From assembly GCA_043809085.1 (NCBI GenBank), contig JAZDEG010000038.1:5350-69349 (forward strand): 64,000 nt of DNA, given 5' to 3'. Positions 40,966-49,600 of the stretch are shown in pieces. Position 1 is the stretch's first letter. The number at the start of each line of letters is the position of its first letter. This DNA comes from Pseudomonadota bacterium (GTDB taxonomy: Bacteria; Desulfobacterota; Desulfobulbia; Desulfobulbales; SURF-16). Made by a program: the position numbers and the translations under genes. The notes beneath the pieces are model-generated. The model did no database searches, had not been told where the DNA came from, and saw only the letters and a list, made by a program, of their open reading frames with translations.

Positions 40966-41540
40966 CTCGATGATTTGAGTGCTTTGACAAGACGGTTCAT
41001 CCCCTCATCGAATGAGTTAGAGAAGTCAGCGTATAAAATATTCTTAATTATATCTGGAGGTAGAGAATCATCTGTCACGACTGGCAATATTTTCTTTTTT
41101 AACTCCAATGCTTTTTTTATCTCAGCGGTTGCCCAGTCAGAGTTAAAGCTGTTTTGGGAATTAACAAATAATAAATAATCGCTGTCTTTAAGAAACTCAT
41201 CCACCTTTTTCCTTATATCATCACCCACCTGGATATCTTGTTGGTCCCACCAGATAACAAAAGGAAGCTCTTGTAATTCACGGTGTAGTTTTTTGACAAA
41301 TTCTTTGTCTTCGTGCGCGTAGGATATAAAAATCTTCGGTGCATTTGTGGCGTCTTTTAATTTGGCCGCCAGATAAGCGACAGCAACACCCATAAACGCA
41401 CCCAAAATACCAATAAGTATTTCTAGGCTTGCAAACGTCCTAAATTCGACAAGGAATATTAACATTGAAAATATGCTCGCCAATGAAGCAAGCAAAAGTG
41501 GGATCATTCGCTTTATAATTTTTCTTTGTATATCGTTCAT
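40935..41540 (-). CDS. Cassette 7: 2TM-TIR domain protein
   Basis: Two TM helices, then IFISYAHED, WWDQQDIQVGD, SDWATAEI (candidate catalytic Glu), ILPV, YADF; ORF ends inside attC. Confidence 0.88.
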   Translation of the reverse strand: MNDIQRKIIKRMIPLLLASLASIFSMLIFLVEFRTFASLEILIGILGAFMGVAVAYLAAKLKDATNAPKIFISYAHEDKEFVKKLHRELQELPFVIWWDQQDIQVGDDIRKKVDEFLKDSDYLLFVNSQNSFNSDWATAEIKKALELKKKILPVVTDDSLPPDIIKNILYADFSNSFDEGMNRLVKALKSSRHNKSINQTA

Positions 41541-41541
41541 A

Positions 41542-41955
41542 TTATTTGATCCAGTTTACGGCAAAAAGAAGAGTCAACAGCCCAAAAAGGCCTGGGACAA
41601 TTATTCCCCAAAACACCTTTAATTTGTCGTCGTCTTCCCAACCTAGCTTTCTTACTAATGTTGATATGCCCCACATGCCAATGACAAAACCCATTAAAAC
41701 CCACGGGACTGATGTTAATTTTTCAACGACATCGGGTGGAGGATTGTTGGCGGGCAAAGAACTCGCTATTCCAGCACTTCCCGTAATAAAGATAAGTAAT
41801 GCCGTTACGGACATATCTAAACCAACGGCAAGATCTTCTTTTCGGAATCCAGAGTGGCGGTCATTTCTGGACACATATTTGACGAATATCGTCAACGTTA
41901 CCGTGATCAGTGGCACGCCAAATTGTAAAAAATATTCGTCTCCTAAAACGATCAA
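41542..41955 (-). CDS. Cassette 7: four-TM membrane protein
   Basis: Four hydrophobic helices; TTG start with GAGGT SD; stop 1 nt before TIR gene ATG. Confidence 0.75.
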   Translation of the reverse strand: MIVLGDEYFLQFGVPLITVTLTIFVKYVSRNDRHSGFRKEDLAVGLDMSVTALLIFITGSAGIASSLPANNPPPDVVEKLTSVPWVLMGFVIGMWGISTLVRKLGWEDDDKLKVFWGIIVPGLFGLLTLLFAVNWIK

Positions 41956-41988
41956 AACAGTTACCTCATGAGTTCTTCAATATTTTTG

Positions 41989-42079
41989 GCATAACGGCTA
42001 GTATAACCAGACCGCGCCAATGCACTGGACGCTTAGCGCCGCCAACGTTCTCGCGGTCTGGTTAATACTTTTGTTGTGC
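41989..42079 (-). repeat. attC site (3' of cassette 6)
   Basis: R'' GCACAAC ... R' GTTATGC; 91 bp. Confidence 0.9.
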
Positions 42080-42085
42080 AATCTT

Positions 42086-43006
42086 TTATTCATATGGTTT
42101 TATTGGCTTTATATTAATTCTGCTCGGGACTGCAGCCAATGCCTCAATATCTATCAAATAGTTGTTAAGCAATTGAGCTTCTGCCGCCGCTGAGGCCAAC
42201 ATTTCGTCTGCATCAGGATCGCTTGATACGGGATTATCTTCAGCAAATTCCTTGCAGATAAAATTGTGATACCTTGCTGCCCACTCGTACTTTGACCGTA
42301 CTCCAGGACTTCCTTTGTATGTTTTCAAACCGTCTGTAATAGTGTTTTTGTGACTTTCGATGACCTCAAAAAACACGCCACCGTCTGGATATGCTAAAAA
42401 TGCTTCATCAAGGTAATTTAAAAAGATAGTTCCATCAGAGTCTGATAATGTGTCTCGAAATTGTGGAGCCCAATTTGCTTCACCATAAAACCCAATATGT
42501 CGCTGGAGCATTTTGACTGCCGACGGTGCTAAAGAGATACGAGGGGGGCCGCCCCCTTTGTCTTGCGCAACTGCTTCAATTAGTGCGTCCCCAAAAACGA
42601 TTTCATCATCCATGTAATGATTGCCAAATGCAATTCCACCTCTAATTAAAAAACCTTCCATCGCAAGACCAACTTGGAATTCAGCAAAAATGCTAAAAAT
42701 TTCTCCAAGCTCTGACTCTCCGTAGTCTCCGCTTTTTTTATATAAAGGGATTGGATATCCAACTACGATATTGTCCGTAAAGACCTTGATTGAAAAATAC
42801 TCGTCTCCCCCCCAACCATTTGCCCGCTTTCTCATGCGTTCATAAGCCTTCGATAAAGCATCTCTTAGTTTTGCAAGAAATTGCTCCCCCTGGCCTGATT
42901 TGTTAGCCTCTATGCTTAGCTGGGAGTATCCCAAAATATCTGCATAGCAGACCAATGACGGGATCATATTTGAGGAAGATTCAGAAAAATTATATGGCTT
43001 ATTCAT
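42086..43006 (-). CDS. Cassette 6: class III nucleotide cyclase-like protein
   Basis: YADILGY (first Asp), FTDNIVV (second Asp), IRGGIAFG, VFGDALIEA, PRI. Confidence 0.6.
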   Translation of the reverse strand: MNKPYNFSESSSNMIPSLVCYADILGYSQLSIEANKSGQGEQFLAKLRDALSKAYERMRKRANGWGGDEYFSIKVFTDNIVVGYPIPLYKKSGDYGESELGEIFSIFAEFQVGLAMEGFLIRGGIAFGNHYMDDEIVFGDALIEAVAQDKGGGPPRISLAPSAVKMLQRHIGFYGEANWAPQFRDTLSDSDGTIFLNYLDEAFLAYPDGGVFFEVIESHKNTITDGLKTYKGSPGVRSKYEWAARYHNFICKEFAEDNPVSSDPDADEMLASAAAEAQLLNNYLIDIEALAAVPSRINIKPIKPYE

Positions 43007-43017
43007 AGTTTATTACT

Positions 43018-43109
43018 GCACAACTCGTACATCACCTGCCAGCCACCGAAGTAAATTCCACGAAGTGGCCGGAAAACCTCTACTGGTCAGGTGAATGTGT
43101 TGGTTAGCC
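43018..43109 (-). repeat. attC site (3' of cassette 5)
   Basis: R'' GGCTAAC ... R' GTTGTGC; 92 bp; arms related to attC at 40301. Confidence 0.88.
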
Positions 43110-43122
43110 TATTTATCTGTTT

Positions 43123-43554
43123 TTATTGATAGTATTGCGTCACGCTTTTCTTAAAATAGAGATACCAAGCGGGAAGACTGCAAATAATTATTCCTGGAAG
43201 AATGGTATTCAATTCTATTGTCACGGGCACAGTTACTAACTCCCAAATGCAAGATGCTATAAAGAAAATAATTATAATGTGCCTAGACCAGTTTTTCCTT
43301 TTGTATATGCCAAGGGAAAGTACCGTTATTACAATACTAATTGCAAGAACGGGCATTGCTGCCCCATATTGCCAAAACTCCCTAAATGTAACCTCTGTAC
43401 CATTAATACTATAGTTTCCAATTGGGATTATTGTGCCAATTACAGATATTGGTCCTAAGATGCCAAACACGACCGTGGAAATCCGTAGGATATAAGGCAT
43501 TTCCTTTAGTGTTAAATAAATTGAGAGAAGATGATTATATATTGCGTCTTTCAT
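43123..43554 (-). CDS. Cassette 5: four-TM hypothetical membrane protein
   Basis: Hydrophobic profile; GIYKRKNWSR and WYLYFKKSVTQYY motifs; fills cassette. Confidence 0.75.
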   Translation of the reverse strand: MKDAIYNHLLSIYLTLKEMPYILRISTVVFGILGPISVIGTIIPIGNYSINGTEVTFREFWQYGAAMPVLAISIVITVLSLGIYKRKNWSRHIIIIFFIASCIWELVTVPVTIELNTILPGIIICSLPAWYLYFKKSVTQYYQ

Positions 43555-43566
43555 TTATTTTTCGGA

Positions 43567-43630
43567 GGCTAACGTTCAAATTGAGGGGCTGCGCGCTTTT
43601 GCGCAGTCCCTCTCGAATGCAGTGTTAGGG
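43567..43630 (-). repeat. attC site (3' of cassette 4), short type
   Basis: R'' CCCTAAC ... R' GTTAGCC; 64 bp; GAGGGACTGCGC/GCGCAGCCCCTC arms. Confidence 0.9.
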
Positions 43631-44301
43631 CTGTTATGGCACTTAGTCTGCCAAATCAATACAACTCCATATCCAACCAAGATCAGGGCATACAGTGGCC
43701 AGAACATAAACCACCAAAGAAAGCCGTAGCCCGGAGCCACCGTTTTGAACGTGATGGGTGACCCAATAATCAAAGTCGCTTGCTCGTTAACTAATTGCGG
43801 CCCAACCTCAAGGACGGAGATGTTGAATGTTGAGTAACCCGAGGGGAGGCTTGGTCTCAATGCCAAATTGGGTGGCCATTGAAAGCGGTTGGGGTTTCCA
43901 TCATCAACAAAGGGAACTAGATCGCGACCTATCGTTGCCGCCCCATAAGCGCTCGCAGGTAATGCCTCATAAACGACTTCTTTGCCCTCGCCACGGACCA
44001 GCAGCTTTATAGGGGCACCTGGTTTCGGAAATTCAAGAAAACCCGATTTTCTCCAATCCCTTCCTGTCCTTGCATAATCTCCAAGTTCTGGCCTTTTTTG
44101 ACCTTCGGTACTGTTGAATCTGAGCGAGAGACGCAGCACATCCGGAAGAGGTCGAAATACCGAAACGTCTATTGATGCCTTCGGACGCAACTCAAAAGTG
44201 ACAAGCTTCGCCGAGGACAAATCATCAGCGAGAACCCCAGCCGCTACTAAAACTACCAAGATAGACCAGAGCGCCCAATGAATTTTCAGCCTGCGAGACA
44301 T
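43576..44301 (-). CDS. Cassette 4: hypothetical protein with N- and C-terminal TM helices
   Basis: 241 aa; GC higher than neighbours; ORF reads through most of its attC. Confidence 0.75.
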   Translation of the reverse strand: MSRRLKIHWALWSILVVLVAAGVLADDLSSAKLVTFELRPKASIDVSVFRPLPDVLRLSLRFNSTEGQKRPELGDYARTGRDWRKSGFLEFPKPGAPIKLLVRGEGKEVVYEALPASAYGAATIGRDLVPFVDDGNPNRFQWPPNLALRPSLPSGYSTFNISVLEVGPQLVNEQATLIIGSPITFKTVAPGYGFLWWFMFWPLYALILVGYGVVLIWQTKCHNSPNTAFERDCAKARSPSI

Positions 44302-44312
44302 AGGTGATAAAG

Positions 44313-44436
44313 CCCTAACGCAAAGCTAAGACGCGCGCCCAGCTTGGGTTAAAGTAAGTTCGTATTGCACTAAAGATTGACGAAGCCGTGAAAGAAAAGG
44401 CGAGTTAGCGCGTCGTGCTTGAGCGAATTGTTATAT
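44313..44436 (-). repeat. attC site (3' of cassette 3), long type
   Basis: R'' ATATAAC ... R' GTTAGGG; 124 bp; GCTCAAGCACGACGCGC/GCGCGTCTTAGC arms. Confidence 0.88.
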
Positions 44437-45450
44437 TTATTTTATGTATTGATATCGGCAAGTTTTTGAATAGCCCCAGTTTGTCTTTTTCATCAAGTAA
44501 ACATCACTCATTTCATGATCTAATTCTTTCCAGTTTTCATCATATAAATGGTTGCTAAACCCATAAAACAATATGTTGTTTTGGTGTATAAGCAATTCAG
44601 CAGAAGCAACAGGTGGATTGTTTGTTTTTATTTCTCCTGTTGGAGATTCTATGAAATACCTATTGTCATCAAGATAAGTACGTTCAATCCATTCATCGCC
44701 AGTTTCAGTACATATTTTATTTATTGATAGTTCATATATGATACTATTGTTGTCATATCCTTCAACATTTTTTAAAATTGTTGATTTGACAGCAAATTCA
44801 CCTTTTTCATAAATGCTCTTATAATATTCAGGCAATACATTACTTTCATATAAAGTTTTAAAAATCCTATTTATTGTTATTTTGTCATTTGCATTATCTA
44901 ATCTATTCCATTTTGCTCTTACGAAAAAATCGCTTTGGCTTTTTATGGAGCATCTATATGGTTGTTTTGTAGGTATTTTATTTAGAAAATCTTCAAAAGA
45001 TTCACATAATTCTTTATCGTCCGGGCTCATATGGATTATGTGAGTTTTTATTCCTGTAGGCCACCAATTAAGTATCTCATAGCGGCCAAACCCTTTTTCT
45101 GGATAGTCAGTTTTCTTAACTATAATTCCTAACTCTTTGTTACGTTCCCCATAAATGTTTTTTAAGCACCAATTCAGAGAGGCATCGTCTTGGTATTTAG
45201 AGCATTCATTCCTTTGTTTAAACCACTGTTTTTGGTCACTTTTTATATTCGCAACTCCTCTTGAAAGAATTTTTTTGTAATTTTTTGTCATATTTAAATC
45301 TAGCCAAGATAGATAACTGTCTCTGCAGATAGCTTTTTCAATCTTGGTTTGGGCACGACCACAGTCAAAGCCAGCTTTTTGTTCTCCTGCAAAAACTAAA
45401 AAGGGTAGAATGCAACTAAATATTATTATTGTTAAAAGATAAATTTTCAT
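44437..45450 (-). CDS. Cassette 3: secreted LprI (DUF1311)-domain protein
   Basis: Signal peptide from MKIYLL (ATG 45450), FDCGRAQTKIEKAICRD..LS.LD, QKQWFKQRNEC, CLKNIY..R. Confidence 0.8.
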   Translation of the reverse strand: MKIYLLTIIIFSCILPFLVFAGEQKAGFDCGRAQTKIEKAICRDSYLSWLDLNMTKNYKKILSRGVANIKSDQKQWFKQRNECSKYQDDASLNWCLKNIYGERNKELGIIVKKTDYPEKGFGRYEILNWWPTGIKTHIIHMSPDDKELCESFEDFLNKIPTKQPYRCSIKSQSDFFVRAKWNRLDNANDKITINRIFKTLYESNVLPEYYKSIYEKGEFAVKSTILKNVEGYDNNSIIYELSINKICTETGDEWIERTYLDDNRYFIESPTGEIKTNNPPVASAELLIHQNNILFYGFSNHLYDENWKELDHEMSDVYLMKKTNWGYSKTCRYQYIK

Positions 45451-45461
45451 GAGTAGATTAA

Positions 45462-45583
45462 ATATAACGTTGGCGATCACCGGCCCGCCTGCCCTTGGCA
45501 ACCAGTTTTCCGGAAAGGAAAGAGTTGAATTGCCACCGTAAAAACGGCAGTGTTCGCGGGTCGGGTGAATTGCATGGTTCTGT
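45462..45583 (-). repeat. attC site (3' of cassette 2)
   Basis: R'' ACAGAAC ... R' GTTATAT; 122 bp; TCACCCGACCCGC/GCGGGCCGGTGA arms. Confidence 0.88.
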
Positions 45584-45718
45584 TGAGGTTTTATTAAAAT
45601 GAATAAAATTTTTGTTGTTAGAATATTATTTTTCCTTTCGTTGGTCCCTTTGGCTGGGAAGGTAATGTTTGGGCTTGATAAAGATATTATGGATGCCGCT
45701 TCCTATTTTCTGTTGTGT

Positions 45719-46525
45719 TCATCCAGCTTTCTCGCTTGCATCGGTAGTTAGCGAGACAAACTCAGCATCAATTATGTCAGCATCGATTGTTTTGTTGCCG
45801 TCATGCCTCATTTCAAGATATGGCTGTATTTTGGGCATAATTGACAAGACCTGATCGGTCATGTTGGTGGCCCATGTAATAATGGCAACAACAAGTAAAA
45901 GAGTTCTACCAAATTTTGATTTTATTATTTTTTCAAAAAATGTCAGGTCGTTGTTGGTGCTTGCAGCAAAAACAAGTAATTCTTTTTCAACCAGCTTTGT
46001 GCCTAAAATTTTGTGTTTTTCAAGTGATAATTTAATGTCAACTAGCGATTTAAGAATAAATGTTTTTAGCTCTAAATCTAATTCTTCAGATGAAGATTCT
46101 TCTATTGCCTCGTCAATTTTTTTAATGATTTTATCAATTACTGATGATTCTATAACTTTTTCAGGATTAGAACGAGAAAGGCTATTTGAGCAATATTCAA
46201 GACCCAATAAGGTGTCATTGCCTATGTTGTTAATAAATGTGCTCCAATGTGTGTCTAAGTTGACAATTTTAAAAGCTCTTTCAATATTTGGAAAAACTTT
46301 AAAATGAGTTTGGGAATATTCTTGATCGAATATTTCAATTTGTTTTTTTATCTCTTTTGGTAGGCCATAAATCAGAGACAAATGGTTTAATAATTTTGAA
46401 ACATCATTGTTTTCGATTTTTAATATATTGCACCATGCATTTTTGATAGGTTCACTTTTAGATAAAGTAAGCCCGCTTTTTAACAAATTGTGCAACCTTG
46501 CTGCTGGGTTATTTTCTATAAGCAT
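45719..46525 (-). CDS. Cassette 2: hypothetical helical protein with a C-terminal hydrophobic helix
   Basis: 268 aa AT-rich ORF starting NNPAARLHNLL; fills most of the cassette. Confidence 0.75.
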   Translation of the reverse strand: MLIENNPAARLHNLLKSGLTLSKSEPIKNAWCNILKIENNDVSKLLNHLSLIYGLPKEIKKQIEIFDQEYSQTHFKVFPNIERAFKIVNLDTHWSTFINNIGNDTLLGLEYCSNSLSRSNPEKVIESSVIDKIIKKIDEAIEESSSEELDLELKTFILKSLVDIKLSLEKHKILGTKLVEKELLVFAASTNNDLTFFEKIIKSKFGRTLLLVVAIITWATNMTDQVLSIMPKIQPYLEMRHDGNKTIDADIIDAEFVSLTTDASEKAG

Positions 46526-46559
46526 AATAAATGAACCTTGTTTCGATTGGCCTTAAAAA

Positions 46560-46650
46560 ACAGAACGATTAGGTCACTTGCGCCGCCACCCAAACCTTGC
46601 CGCGTCAGCGCCGCGTACGTCACGGCGTCAAGTGAACCGCCTGGTTGAGC
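46560..46650 (-). repeat. attC site (3' of cassette 1)
   Basis: R'' GCTCAAC ... R' GTTCTGT; 91 bp; GGTTCACTTGACGCCG/CGGCGCAAGTGACC arms with extrahelical bases. Confidence 0.9.
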
Positions 46651-46654
46651 AAAA

Positions 46655-49600
46655 TTAGTTCTTCTTACTGGCTTTATTAAAAACAGCCTTCAAATTCTTA
46701 TCCCTTGGGTAATCTTTCAATCCTTTTTTGAGGAGAGAAACCGCCTCTTCCTTGAGATTTGCAGCCATTAACAGCTCCCCACATAGCTGATAAAGTGAAA
46801 CAAGATTCCCAATCTTTGGGCCAATAATCGCTTTCTTGAGCAACCTAATCGCATCTTGTCGTCGCCCTGTCTTTGACATTAGTTGTGCGCATGTTTGGTA
46901 TAGGTGGACCATGCCAGGCAACCCAGGTATACGCATAGCGTTCTCAAGCAACTTTATCCCTTCATCTGTACGGCCTGCTTTGGCTAGCAACTTTGCGCAA
47001 GTTTGGTAAAGAACAGCTTTATTGGATTGGGCCGGGGAGTTAATTCCCCTCTTCATCAAGGCAATAGCGTCTTCAAGGCGTCCGGCTTTGACCATCAACT
47101 CTGAACATAATTTATAAAGTGAGAACTGTGTATACTGGTCTTTATCACCAATACCTTTTTCCAGGACCTGAATAGCGTCATCCAAACGGCCTTGTCTCGC
47201 TGTTAAATCAGCAAGCATCTGATATAGATGATTCTTGTCCTTCATTTTTGGAACTGACACGCCTTGAATTAATACTTCAATGGCGTCATCAATTTTCCTG
47301 GCATGAAATAGAAGTTTTGCACATGCAAGATAAATCGAAGGTTCGATCGACATCCGCGTGGTGGATAAGGCCCTTTTTAGGAATTTTACAGCCTCGTCTG
47401 ACTTATTGGACTCCTCCATGATTTTTGCAAATGAATGGTAAATCGGCACTGGATCGCCAACAGCTTTTGAAGCGCACCCCTTTTCTAAAATCTCCACGGC
47501 TTCGTCGAATTGTTGGATTTTCACCAACAGTTCTGCACAAGCACGATAAATATTCTTTGGATCTATTACTCGTGAATCGGCTATCCCTTCTTTAAGCCAA
47601 TATATAGCCTCCTCGTCTTTTCCAGCTTTTACCAGAAAATCAGCTAAGTTAAGGTAAAAAGAGTAACGCTTTGTAATATTGTCTATTTTTATGCCACGTT
47701 TGAGTAATTCAATCGCATCGCTGGTACGACTGGTTTTTGCTAGTAGGTCTGCACAACGTAGATACAATGTCCCCAACTCTGGTATATCAGGAGTATCAAT
47801 ACCCTTTTTCAAAATCCTTATGGCATCATCAAATTTCTCTGCTTCTTCCATATATTGTGAACACCGACTAATAAGTGATGAAAGACAGGTGACGCCGGGT
47901 GTATTTATTCCATCCTCAAGGACTTCAATCGCATCTTGCAGCCTGCTATCTTTTACAAGGAGTTGTGCGCAACGAAGATAGACCGAAAAAGAATTGCTCC
48001 CTCCTCCAAGAAATTTGAGTGCCCTTTTCTGAGCGTTCAGCATGGCCTCAATGCCATTGATAGTATATTCAAGCTCTATAAGAAGCAGCCAGACAGCATA
48101 GTAGGCTTTCTGGCCTACGGCTTTACGAACATGGCCCAAGGCGTTCCTGTAATCATCGCCGATATTGCGATGTTTTAAGCATAAAGCGAGGTGGTATTCC
48201 AGCCCTTTTGGCCTATCTTTGTCTGGAAGCGCTGAAATAAGTGCTATGCGCTCTTCAAGTATTTCGACATTCTCAGGAACTTTGGATTGAATGGGCTTCG
48301 TAATTAGAGACAGAGCAAATCTTGTAAGTTTCTCACTTGCGAGATGAAGCTCAGAAATACGATTGGCTTCGAAAAGATGATGCCGCAACTCTGCATAAGA
48401 AGCGGCCATTCTCCGTGCACCGCCTTGGCGAGTGGCCTTAAAAAAACGAAAATGGTAGTTAGCAGCAAGACTGTGGGCCTCTCTCCACTCTTCCTTTTCA
48501 GCACGAAGTCGGGAAACACTGATTTCTCTTGCGAGTGGATGAATGGAATCATAGCCGAAAGAAAAGTCCCACAGGAATCTATCGATTAGCTGCCTTCGCA
48601 ATTCTTTCGGGGGAATAGTACTCTTGTTAAATTCAGCAAAAGCCTCTTTTGTAAATGGGCGACGATGGACCGCCATGAAGCGCATAAATGACAATAAATC
48701 ATTATCCATATCTGGAAGAGCTCGTTCAATCAGCGCACGTTCAAAGTCTTCGACCAAATGAGGGTCGAGATTCACATCCCCCGGTATAAAGAGATCTGGA
48801 GCTAAAGAAAGCAGATTATCGAGAGTCTCATACTTGAGGCTACCAACTAGTGTTTTAAGCGCCCGAGGATTCCCTCCCAAACGGTGGCCAATCTCTTCCA
48901 ATCGTTCTGATTCAATTTCCTCGGTTAAATCAGCTGACCCAAGAAGTTCCAAAAGAAATGCTGCCGCCTCGGTATCCGTAAGTCCGCTGAGTTTTCGTAA
49001 AGCGCAACTTTCACTCCAGCGAGCTGTCATGACTGCACGATTACTTAGGATCAACAGTCTACCATTGGTGTTTGGGTTGTTATTGAGCCTCTCGATAAAA
49101 GTCTGCCATTTTTTTTGGGGGTATGTTTTAGTCGCAGGAAAAAACCGCTGGAACTCATCAATTATTACGAATATCTTCTCACGACGAAGAACCGTAAATA
49201 GTAGGTTGAAGAGGTCGGCATCTGGCCCCCTGTCCATACCCTGTTTAAGATCAAGGATGCCGTAGTCGCTGAGAGCTTCTGCCAGCTCGGTGAATAATTC
49301 AGTAACAGGGTCAGGTGAATCGGCCTGTGGCAAAACAAAGATTGGTCTGAGATCAGAATTTTGTGCTACATCCCGCGCTAATTGGGTTTTTCCGCACCCT
49401 GGCACACCCTGCAATATTGCAACAGCAGGGCCGTTCTTGAGCCACTCTGATAAAAAGAAATTGAAATGTTTTTTGCGCAGTTCGCCATAAAAATGGCTTG
49501 GCTGTTTTTCCCCTTTATCGGGACTCAAATTGCTATGCAAATCCTCAGTATTGCCAGGCGGCAATACATCTGATTCTGGGACTCCTTGAGAAGTTTGAAG

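Noticed and set aside
44437-45501. ORF-track start for the LprI gene at 45501
   Set aside because: It lies inside the upstream attC; the ATG at 45450 gives a proper signal peptide.
45626-45721. In-frame read-through of the cassette 2 TGA for 30 more codons (selenocysteine or premature stop)
   Set aside because: No Cys/redox context or clear SECIS hairpin; a 30-codon open stretch can occur by chance.
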